Shown here: positions 25,882-37,400 of the stretch, piece after piece
How the letters are laid out: each line of letters starts with the position of its first letter
Numbering within the stretch: the stretch's first letter is position 1
From: Stylophora pistillata
Lineage: Eukaryota
NCBI RefSeq assembly: GCF_002571385.2
Contig: NW_019218625.1
Span: 1-64,000 of the forward strand
Direction: 5' to 3'
DNA: 64,000 bases
Made by a program: the position numbers and the translations under genes
Notes under the pieces: model-generated
The model's database searches: none
Told to the model about the DNA's origin: nothing
Seen by the model: the letters and a program-made list of their open reading frames with translations, nothing else

Positions 25882-26872
25882 CTATAAGTTGTTCTCGATA
25901 GTTTTCTTTATCCAATCAATAAATGGATACACCCTGGTAAAGTATCCATACTGATCCTTTTGTGCGCAGCCCACTCCCCAGCTGACCAGCCCAGTAGCTA
26001 TCCAACGGAAGTCTTCTCCTCTTTTTGCCTCACGGACGAAAGCTCCTCCACTGTCGCTATGGCAAGTATCATTTCCTCCCTTTCCTTCCCCGTCACAAAA
26101 CATCACTGTTGAGTTAAAAAAAGTATTGTGCTGATTTGTTAGGGAAAAGTTTGTCGCTTTGAATTGTAAATGCTGAGTATTGAAGACGGGCTGATTAGCA
26201 TTTTTCTTCTTTGGGTTTTTCTCCAAGTTTCAAGGCCTGTGTTACACCCCAACCTGTTGCTATGCCAACAAATTAGGGATTGCCAAATCCCTGTCATCCT
26301 TTTCTGGAATACACAGTGTCCGCACAGAGGGGCCAAGTTCCACTACTCTTTCATCGTCGAGTTTGACCAGAGCAATGTCATTTGCGAATTTATTATCAGC
26401 GTAATTTTGATGAACAAAAATCCTCTCCACCTCTACTTCAATCTGAGATTTTTTAACCCTCTCCAAGTGGCGGTCACCCACTGTCACTTGGTATCTGCGA
26501 GATGAAGAGTAGTTGTTGTAAATACAGTAAGCCAGGTTTGCTTCACCTACTGCGGAAAGATTGAGTAGTAGAGGTTTTTTGAGAAGTATTCACCCTGTGA
26601 GTGATTTCAGAAATTCGAAACCAATTTTCTCGCGGAATTTTCTCTGCCTTTGAATGTGAACTTTCAAATACAATAAAAAATGATATCTAATTTGACTACA
26701 CATATACAAAAGGCTCTTTAAACTTCAAACGTAAAAAGGATTCGTGCTTACTTATTGGACAAATCGTCGAGAACACGAACCCCTCGAAAATCTTTGTGAT
26801 AGAAACAATGTGCAGCCGTCAGAACCCAACGACGAGAAATCAGAGCACCACCGCAGATAAGCACACTTTCCA
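25882..26872 (-). pseudogene. Pseudogenic duplicate of the last two protease exons of the factor B-like gene
   Basis: Exons 26872-26752 (TAAHC) and 26494-25882. The last exon is split over several frames; GDSGG has become SDSGG. No upstream exons. Confidence 0.9.
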
Positions 26873-27299
26873 CTGAAAAGGAGAAAGTAGACAGATATAA
26901 ATTAATTAGTAATCTCCACTAATACATTTATATATATATATATATATATATAGTCGTTAATGGAACTCTCAGGCCAACAAAGATGCACCTTATATATATT
27001 TAGTATAATTTCAAAGCTGAACAAAGAGTTTCCCGCAATCTCATTGGTCGAGCGGTTCCTTATATGACGCTATATAAACCGCACCGCTCCGCGCGGTTTA
27101 TATAAAATGTTAAACTAAAATGTTAATAAATGTTACTAAAATGTTATGATTTTAGAAATTTTTCTGTTGTTCGCTCTGAAATTATACTAAAACAATTATT
27201 CGCCTCAGGTTCGGTGAATATTGTCGAATAATCACCTCGACTTCGTCTCGGGGAGTATTCGACGATATTCGCCTCGCCTTCGGCGAACAATTTTTAAAT

Positions 27300-28241
27300 A
27301 TAAAGTACGTGTAAAACGATGAAACATGAAGCAAACTTTTAACTGTTCCAGCTTTAATGTGGCGACGTTTCGGCCTTGGGCCTTCTTCAGGTGGAACGTA
27401 TTTACATAAAAACTAAAAACTAAAAGTCCCAGTAGGTTTACAGAATGACCTGAATTTATACTAAACGTAAGAAATATAAATAGTATTGCTTAGTGCATTC
27501 CAGACCTAAATAATAGGATATAGTAATGAGTAAAAGGCAAGAATGCGCAAGGGGCGAAATAACCACGATTGGTTGCGAAGAACTCAATTACATTGTGTAA
27601 ATGATGCCCTAATTACGTATTATAGCGGACGCGATTTTTGGATCTGAATTCGCGTCTTTTGTTAAGTCCGTGGGGACTAAGTGTACAAAGTTGTGCGGTC
27701 CAGTAGGCCTCTCTCGTAAGTAATAATCTATCTGCGTCCCTTGGCTAGTAATTTTCTCAATAACAATAAAATTAATGTCAGAAATTTCGTGTTTGGTACA
27801 ATTGAAGTGGTCTGCAAGCTGTCACGTTTTTTTGTTTGTTCGCATAGATGACTTGTGATTACGAAAACGCACCTTCATTTCAGTGGAAGTAGAACCCACG
27901 TATTGTAAATTGCATTTCTTGTACGAGGCCAAGTAAACAACATTTCTGGGAGAGCAAGACAAGTTTTGGCAAATCTTATAGGTTCGGCCTGTGGAAAAAC
28001 TCTTAAATTTGGAATCTTGAATTAAAAAATTCTTGCAAAGGTTGCATCTATAACAGCATTTAAAACACCCTCCCGTTACCTTCTCTGCCTGACTAACTTT
28101 CCCACCTACATAAAATCTAGAAGGCGCCAAAATGTCTTTGAGGTTTTTGGTAAGGCGATATGCTGGAAAAATCGATTTTGCTGGAAAAATTTCCGATAAC
28201 TCAGGTGACGATCTTAGGAGATGAGCCATTTTTTTGTGCAT
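27300..28241 (-). mobile_element. 5'-truncated Penelope-like retroelement (GIY-YIG endonuclease C-terminal part + 3' region with a hammerhead-like core)
   Basis: ORF 27822-28241: CC..CNLC...NVVYLAS...CNLQYVGSTSTEMKVRFRNH; the downstream frame has REAYWTAQLCTLSPHGLNKR. CTGAAGA-aGGCCcaaGGCC-GAAACGTC at 27390-27364. Confidence 0.85.
27364..27390 (-). ncRNA. Minimal type I hammerhead ribozyme core associated with the Penelope-like element
   Basis: CUGAAGA, stem II GGCC/GGCC, GAAAC, GUC. Helix I pairing looks imperfect. Confidence 0.55.
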
Positions 28242-28465
28242 TACTAGCTTCGAAATACTCTAAAAGTTTGACCTACCCGCAGACCATGGAAAGAGACAGA
28301 GTTGCTTCACCTCTCCAATTTCTCATTCTTTTACACAAAGTATATCCAACGTCGCATTAATTTTGTGAACAGGAAGAAATATTTACGCGGTAAAATATGA
28401 AAAATTGATTTCAAAAAGGCATAGTAACATTTTCCTAAACGAATAAAATGTGATATCTTTTTCAG

Positions 28466-29204
28466 CCACCTGTCGGTGGAAAAATTGAAACATTCTCAAC
28501 CAGTTCTCACTCAGTCTTTACAAGTCCTAATTATTACACGACATAGTTATGTCTTTACATTTCCAACATCTACAAGAGTGTTTGGATGTAAGCCTGCTTT
28601 TCGAGGTAAGAACTAACATCATGAATAAACTTTATATTCTTGTCCTCTCTACCTCTTAAATAGTAAGTGTTTGAATTAACATTAAAAATCACTTCTTCGA
28701 AACCTAACAGCATTGCTTTTTGTATGATGTATGAGATCCTCTGGCACGAAATCTCTGCTCTAGAAACTACTGGTTCAGCTTTAATATACATACAGTGAAT
28801 TTTGTCTCAGTCGTTATCTCGAATCACGCGTACCACGTCTGCATCACTTTTAGGTTGCATCATACCAGGCTCCGCAGTCCTCTTCAGAGACGGACAGTTC
28901 TTTGAAAGGGCGTTTCGTTTCTATCGCGAGGGATCAACTGCGGGAAGTTGTTTATGGAGACAAATTTTTATATAAAAGCAAAGATGAAGTAATTCTTGAT
29001 GAGAATCCAAACTTGACCGAACTACCAGAAAAAACTGCGGTCGTTGGGGAAGATCCGAGAGGGATCTTAGAAGAGGGGAAAATAAAACGAGTGTGTAGTT
29101 CAATCTAGTGCACTATTGAAACCGACGGTACAGAATGGCAGAGCAAGTTAGAAAATGTTCGAGTCTTCAGAGGAAATGTGTGTGAGAAATATCTGTTTAC
29201 CTAA
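28466..29204 (+). pseudogene. Gene L3: orphan, frameshifted duplicate of the last two exons of L2
   Basis: 28466-28605 is 140 nt versus 148 nt in L2. 28854-29204 has a 2-nt deletion and a TAG at 29106-29108. Confidence 0.9.
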
Positions 29205-29369
29205 AATACAAAAATAAAACTTAAGTCTAAGGGACCAGTTATTGTTTATTACCTGTAGCACACAGTTTAAGCTGCACACCCAAAATTTGTCATTTCTTAA
29301 CTGCGGTCAATTTCATCGTGACTCGACCAAAATCCTCCAGCCCTCCTTCCCCGGTGATAAATAATGACA

Positions 29370-29558
29370 TAATTTGAATATATCAACAAAGTTGAAATGG
29401 TAAATTGGGCCACCGTAACGATTACAAAAGCTTACGTTTCGAGCGTTAACCCTTCGTCCTTCGCTCCGACGAAGGGCTAACGCTCGAAACTTCAGCTTTT
29501 GTCATCGTTACGGTGGCCAATTTACCATTTCAACTTTGTTGATATATCCAAATTATGG
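29370..29558. mobile_element. Near-perfect palindromic repeat with two inverted hammerhead-like cores
   Basis: ataatttgaatatatcaacaaagttgaaatggtaaatt...cgtttcgagcgttaacccttcgtc / gacgaagggctaacgctcgaaac...aatttaccatttcaactttgttgatatatccaaattat. Confidence 0.7.
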
Positions 29559-31448
29559 TNGGGCCTCCATTCTCAACCTTTTTCGCTTTTTAAGTGTATT
29601 TACACAATCAGGGTTGTTTGATCCATTAATAGATGACTGCAACTAGTTTTGAAACTAAAAAATTCTACAGGAATGATCCAATTCTGCCATTCAATTAACA
29701 CAGGACGACAAATTGAAGATTTAAACTGATTATTTTTTTTTTGGCATTCAGCACAAGTCGGTGTATCTTTGATACTTAGATGCTTAATAAAGATCATTTT
29801 GAACATATGTATTCGAGGCATTAATTCTTCCCTTTTTTTGTAATCAATTGTGGAGGCCAATGGTGCGTTAAAGATTGATTAAGAGTAGTGCACCCAGGAA
29901 CAAACTTGTGGAGTATTTTGCACTTTCGAATGCATGCTTGAGTCGAGCCGCTATCTGATCGTTTCTTTGCTGGCTTGTTTTTTCACATTTTTTTCTGTCA
30001 TTTGTTGGAGGGTCAGTGATATGTTTGTTCATTGGCCAGAGAATATTCCCCACCCTGGGACACTTAGGGGACTCCATTGAACGGACAATTAACCAAGTAG
30101 AACATTAGATTTAGAACAAATATTGGTTTAAATGAGATAATGTATTCAAAATGTCTTTCCCCTTCAGTTTTCTTTCACCGTTCTTTTGGAGCCATTCAAA
30201 AAGTCCTTCCAAAATCGGGAGCTTAATGAGATAAATATGTCTAGAAAGGCATCTTAGTAAGGAGGTTCCTCTTCGCTGCAACAACGCACGCGTAGCACCA
30301 AAGCAAGTAAAAAAACGCTCAGCTCACAGTACCGCGGCCCTGAATAACTCAGTAGAGCGAGCCAAACGGGATAGCTTCCTCTATAAAGTTCCATGCACAC
30401 GCAACAAAGTCTAAATCGGAGGAACAGGGACACTGCTGTACGAAAAGAATTAAAGAATATGAAAGGGGAAACGATAACATCTCAGCACTTAGTGGTTTCA
30501 GAACACCCTCTAAATAAGGACACGTTATTTTTGTTCGAAACCTGGCTTAGTTACTAATCGTAATCCTCACCTTTACACTCTTAGGGTGTTAGCAGCCATT
30601 CACTCAAAACGTCATCAAAATTTTGTCGACAGAAGCAGCGAAATCGAAATTCTCTTGGTAATAGATTCCCAAAAGCAAATTGCAAAACAGCCCGCTGTAG
30701 ATGACAAGAGGCAGCAGAGCAATGTCAACTCGTTAGAATGATAATGTATTCGAAATGCGCTACCGAGAGCACGCAAAAATGCACCAGAAGCATGTTGCTT
30801 TTAGGCTTCAAAAGTAACAACGCGCAAACATCCCAACTAATCGCTAATTTATGAAACAAAATCTCCTGCTCCAGAAGCCGAAGGTGACAAATGTTATACG
30901 AAATTATTCATCGGCTGTCAAAGACTTGCAGCAAAGAAGTTCACAAATCGCAATGTACTGAAATATTCCATTCGGTGAATGGCCGCTTTAGATCAGAGGT
31001 AAAGTAGAGGAAACTCAGGCAGTGATGACCCCAAAGGAGAATAGGACTTTAATTTCCTTCCTTAAAATATATTGCTTCTGTCATGATTACTTAATTAAGA
31101 AAGTAAGAAAGAAACCATTTTATATTCATCGGCGATTTTCTTTGATTACAAACCGAAAAAAAAAAGACACAGCCCTACTATCAATCTGAGCATTAACCTA
31201 CAAAAGCTCCGGCTTTTGAAGCAAAATGCATAATTGGACATCAGATTAAAGTTGAGAAATGATATAGCAACGATTTTCGCATGATTTTTAAGACTTTGTT
31301 TACAAACGACTTCCAAATCAGTTTTAAGCCTCAGCCCATAAGGAAATTTTTCCTCGGCACTATCACCGCACTAGTTACAAAAGATAATATTCATTTTAAA
31401 ACGAAGAAGAGATACTCGAACATGTATTGAACCAGCTCAGTCATTTTA

Positions 31449-34400
31449 CTATGAGTTATCTTCCATAGTTTTCTTTATCCAATCAGTAAATGGATACATC
31501 CTAGTATAGTATCCATACTGATCCTTTTGTGCGCAGCCCACTCCCCAGCTGACCAGCCCAGTAGCCACCCAACGGAAGTCTTCTCCTCTTTCTGCCTCAC
31601 GTACGAAAGCTCCTCCACTGTCACCATGGCAAGTATCATTTCCTCCCTTCCCATCCCCGGCACAAAACATCACTGTAGAGTTGAAAAAGTATTTCCCTGA
31701 TTTGTTAGCGCAGAGTTCGTCGCTTTGAATTGTGAAGGCTGAGTACTGAAGACGGGCTGAGTAGCGTTTTTCTTCTTTGGGTATTTCTCCAAGTTTCAAG
31801 GCTTGCGTTACACCCCAACCTGTTGCTATGCCGAATTTTTTAGGGATTGCCAAATCGCCGTCATCCTTTTCTGGAATACACAGTGTCCGTACAAAGGGGC
31901 CAAGTTCCACTTCCTTGTCGAGTTTGACCAAAGCAATGTCACTTGCGAATTTTTTATCGATGTAATCTTGATGAACAAAAATCTTCTTCACCTCCACATC
32001 CATCTGAGATTTTTCAACCCTCACCAAGTGGTGGTCACCCGCTATCACTTGGTACCTGCGAGATGAAGAGTAGTTGTTTTAACGAAAATAGTTTGGCTAA
32101 ACGTTTGGTTCACCAACCAAGGAAAAGCTGGTTTTGGTCATTTTCCGAGAGGTATTCGCCATGTGAATGATATCAGAAATTCGAATGCCTTTTTACCACA
32201 GAATTTTCTCACCTTATAAATGTGAACTTTAAAATCCAATAAAAAATGATATCTAAAACCATAGATGTTAAAAGTTACTTTAGACTTCAAACGTAAAAAG
32301 GATTGATGGACTCGGTGCTTACTTATTGGACAAATCGTCGAAAACACTAGCCCCATGAAAATTTTTGTGGTAAAAACAATGTGCAGCCGTAAGAACCCAA
32401 CGACGAGAAATCAGAGCACCGCCGCAGATAAGCACAAGTTTCCCTGAAAAGGAGAAAGTAAACAGATATAAAAACAATAATTAGTAATTTTCGCTAATAA
32501 TTACTTATCAAAAAAAAAAAAAAGAAAACCGCCAAAAGAGAATTGAGCCCAAAAAACAATCACGCTTGTTGTGTGGGGTTTATATGCAGAACAATGGAGT
32601 CATTCTATTAGTGGGAACAAAGTAACGTTGATACCACGGAGATCAAGAGTTCCCAATTCCAAAGATAAATCTTGGTTCTAGAGTATTTTTGAGTAGTTTT
32701 CCGAAATGCCCATATGTAGATGTAGGCCGCAGACTGCCGTGTATGGGGTAGAATAATATGCCCAAATCATTCAAAGCAGCATATGGAAATATGATGGAAA
32801 TAAAATGTTATTCGCGCTTTTCTTGTATGTACAGCATTCAATGAATGGGCTAACCGAAGCAAATCTCCAAATCAAATTACCGTCTGAGTTGAGCCTGCGT
32901 AGTCCAATCTGCCAGGGCCACCAGCCTCTTTTCGAATTCTTGCCACCGACCATTCTCGCCCTCAGGTCAACCGGACTTACACCACAGGGTTTATAATCTG
33001 TGAACAAGAAACAAACATAAAGTCATAATCACTTCAAAGTAGACCGGTTTACTGCAATGCGCTTATATTCTTTCTTTTCTTGTCCTATCTTTTCTGTATT
33101 TTTAGATAATACTTTGTGGAATAAGATGGTCGATCTCAGCTTTCAATTAACACTTCACTCTTCTACACCCTTGAACCGAAACCATTTTGAATCAAGAGCC
33201 CCGATTCATAATTGACTGCAAAATACAGAGGAATCACAAGCGACGGAATTTAAGCTGATATTATCAATTTACGACATACCGATCTTGATGTAAGTCGCTC
33301 TCTTGATGGCTTTCTGAAGATGATTGTAGTCTCTGACATGGAGCACATGATTATCGGCTGCTTCAGGTGAGGCTATATCCATCAGTTCACGAGCGCGAAC
33401 TTTCTTTCCAACTCCTACAGGGTAAGATGTTGAGTGATAGTGGGCAAAACGAAAACTAGTGATAAAAACTAGTGATGAAAACTAATGGTAATAATAGCGG
33501 AAAAACCAAGTTAATACATCGGTGTCATTTAAAGATAGCGCTCCTCGCATTGCTAAGAGTTGAATTCCCCTTTAGCCCAACCTCAGAAATGAGGGCTGCT
33601 TACAAAAATGATAATCGGAACTGGAGGTAGAGACCGTAACACTGTGAAATTACGTCGACTATATATCTGAAGGTAAATAACCCTACAGAAATAATATATA
33701 GAAGTGTAAACTGTACTCTTCCAGGGTGCTTGGGTCCAATTATGGGGAACGAGCGCTTGTGTGAATGTCAGAAAAAAGAGTAAAATGTCTTCCCAAGAGC
33801 GTCCTTTAATAAGTTTCTTAAACTTAACTTTCTAGAAATCTTCAAGTGCCCCTGTTTCAAATTACTGCCAAGTTACTTTACCTATTGCGTAGATCTCAAA
33901 GTTTTCCTGTTCACGAAGATGCTTCGCTAACTTTTTAGGCGGACCCCCAATGTTAGACATTCCATCGGTGATGAACATCAACACACGGTGTCTGTCGGGA
34001 CGAGCTTGTGGCACAACGACATCTTTGACCTCTTGTAAAGCAAGTGCTGAGGCCGTAGCTCCCCCAATGTAGATTATATCATCAATGGCTTTGATTGCTT
34101 TATCCATGGTGTCGACCTTTGCGTCTCCTAAGTTAAATTCAACTTTCACGTCCGTCCCAAAAGTCACGGCTGCTACTCGTGTTCCATCAGCTCTACGAGG
34201 AGGTTACAAAAACTGAGGATAAATTTCTTGATGTTATAGCTAGTGATGATATTGCTCACAATGAGCATCTATTAAATAGTTAATTTGGTTAGGCAGGGGA
34301 TGTTAAAGAACCCACTCAAGAGAATACTGTGATGTGGTCTGGCCTGTTTGCTGGAATTAGGGGGGGGGAGGGGGGGTAGGGGGCATCTTCAAATATGTTT

Positions 34401-37400
34401 CCTTCGATTATTGTAAACTGCTGATGCAGTCCGGCCAAAGTCCCCCGAAAAGTGTTGGGATGCGCATTTGATCATATCCACATGTTAAATTGCGCAATAT
34501 AAATCTTAAATTATTATTATTATGATATGAGCACTCTTAGGATAGTTAGAACCGTCATAAGCTATTTTTAGCTAGTAACAATGACAAAACTTGACAACGG
34601 TTTCCTCGAATTTGCGGTCATTAAAATTTCAAGTAGTCTCACATTGTAGCATTTATTTCGCATCTTATTCTGTAGAAATTGTGGAAACTATCTCCTCTGG
34701 CTTCTCTCTCCATGAGGTCTTGTGCTCTCAACTTTCAAACTTACGACGTGGACATTTTCAATGCGGTTACACCAAGCAAAGGAGAATGGAGAAATGACCT
34801 GTCTCGTGCATTAATGGTCATTGAGAAGAAGAAACAAAGTTACGAGATTTATTCTTCTGATTTACCTATAAGGGGTACATTCCACAACCGTTCTTAAGAC
34901 GCGAGCCATTTGCTTGCGTTTTGGACGTTATAACACAAGAAATTAAGTTTGAAGTGGTTTGTAAACTACTCCATCCGTGTGTTCAGCTCCTTAATTAGCG
35001 ATATACTTATTCTTCAAATTATTAACAGGTTGAACAAGTAGAAAAGAACTCTGTCCCTAAAAATTAATCGTACCTTTTGCTGGCGCCAATGGTTCTAACC
35101 AGCTCTTTTGCAAATTCCAAACCAAACTTGAAATCAGTCAGCTTTCTCACACTGCTTGATGCATCGATGACGAACACAAGATCTAAGCCACCCCTTGAGT
35201 TCAAATTAATGGCTCTGCCTCTGAAATCCATGACACGAATACTTGTCCTGTTGCATCCAGTGCTGTTATCGCTGTTACACGTGTACTCTGATAAAGGATC
35301 AAGCAGATTTTTGCGAAGATTGTAGGCAGTGACGTTAACACCCTTAAACCGATCTTCGAATTCATCTGTAGAAACAAATTGATGGAAAGAACTCTGAGAA
35401 AACTGCAGTTCATCAGAGCTAACAGCACATGCTACTTAGAAATGATTTCGTTTGTCGTATACTAAGGCTGCAGGTAAAAGAATGCGACTTTTGTGCGACC
35501 TGCACTTATCATTACCCCGACAAATTGCGTCCGTGCCATTCCAAGCTCCGCTATCCAAGCATTTTCTTACTGCGGACCCCTTAAGAAGAAACCCGCGTTT
35601 ACATTCGAATGATACAATGTCTCCCTTGTTGTATCCGCTGCCGTATTTACGTCCGCTTATTGGAGTACCTAGAACGGGACAGTCGGTATCTGAAAGAGAA
35701 TTACAAAAAAAAAGTTTTTTTAGTCGAGGATTCACTTTTGATAAATCACTGACTGATTGACCGACGTACTGACTGACAGACTGACTGAACTGAGCGGAAA
35801 GTCAGTATCTGAAAGAAATATAAAGGGCAAAGGCTCTTCAGTTGACTGACTAACTAACCTACAGGCTGACTAATTGACTGATTGATTGACTGACTGACTG
35901 ACTGATGAAGTACGCAGTTACTGACTGACCAACTGGCTTACTGACTGACTAACTCACTTCCACCCACAGACTGACTCACAGACTGACTGACTAACTGAAT
36001 GGAATAGGATAGTCATTACTTACAAGAGATGTAAGGAGAAAGGCTCCTTCGTGGAAATTGCCCTTTTGCTTTACCCCATAAGGAACACTACTGATTGACT
36101 GGTTGACTGATTGGGTGAGTGACTGACTGACTGACTGACTCTTTCACTGGTTGACTGACTGACTGACCAATGGATGTCCCGGCCGGACCAATACTCATGG
36201 TCTTAAAATAAGTGGGGAGAATTTGCTACCTTTCTATGGTAGAAATGGATAGATATACTAGTCTTCTAGGATAAGGACGAATAAACCGTAGGCCCCGTCT
36301 CCTGCAGGGTTAGGGATAGGAGACGTTAATTTCCCACGCACGAGATTACTGGGGGGTGGATGTCCTCCCGTGGGTGGGATGGGTGAGTGTTGTCCCTGAA
36401 AAGCCCTTATGGGGAGTGGTCAGTTAACCTATGTATGTATGTATGTATGTATGTATGTATGTATGTATGTATGTATGTATGTACTGACTGAAGGACTGAC
36501 TGACTAAAAGACTGGCTGACTCAAGCATTGACTGACTCAAATACTGGCCACCTTATTATAACACTGACTGACTAACTAAATGACTAACTGACTGACTAAC
36601 TGACTTACTACTAAACTGACAATCTAATCAAAGAGATTTTTTATCTCACTCTGTCCTTACTTGAATTGTGCTGGGCTATTTATGCCTGATTGGCATAAAC
36701 AGCCAGCTTTATCTATATAAAGCCGGGATAATACGAGAAGTAAAAAAGAAATAAAGAGCGAATAACCATTGCCACTCTCTACTGCATTTCAGAGAAGCTT
36801 AAGAAAATTCTGACTTACTTCCATCTTGACATGTGGCCAAAGTTCCATTCCATTCCTTATTCTCCTGGCAAGTCCTTTCCCTTGAGCCAGACAATTGGAA
36901 ACCAGACTGGCAGGAAAACTGCACTGTACTACCAATTCTAAAATATCGATCTTGATAGTAACGATCACCATTCTCTGGTCTCCCAGGATCTGGACAAGAT
37001 TTTACTACAAAGCAGTATCGTTTATGGTTACGAAAATAATAACAATAATCATTTCTTTAAAACTTGATAACATCACGAAATGTTATCAGTGGGATATTCA
37101 TGTGGATATTTATTTTCCAAAGCCTGTTGTCGTATCTGATTGGAATTGAAAGACTTAGCATTTTTGGAATGATGAACAACTGTGCAAAGATCATCCTTGG
37201 TGATGATTGGTAGCTAGGTTTTTGAGGACATTGAACAACGCCAAACAGAGTACCGGTATACATGTAACTCTAGGGTTCAGTTTCTCAAAAGTCCCAATAA
37301 CTTAACGGGCGTTTCAAAATTTAAAGGATAGGAAAGCAGGTTCTGGCACCCAAAAAATTCCTTTTTGTTTCTTCGGCAGATAGTTTTATTGTATCATTTT

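Larger units (their letters stand above)
22400..26925. repeat. Segmental tandem duplication, copy 1 (copy 2 at ~28233-32500)
   Basis: Collinear similarity over the last two L exons, the intergenic DNA and the last two protease exons. Confidence 0.9.
28233..32500. repeat. Segmental tandem duplication, copy 2
   Basis: Matches ~22400-26925. Confidence 0.9.

Noticed and set aside
35800-35820. Near-copy of the acceptor region of exon 35689 (agtcagtatctgaaaga)
   Set aside because: Leads into microsatellite sequence with no supported exon.
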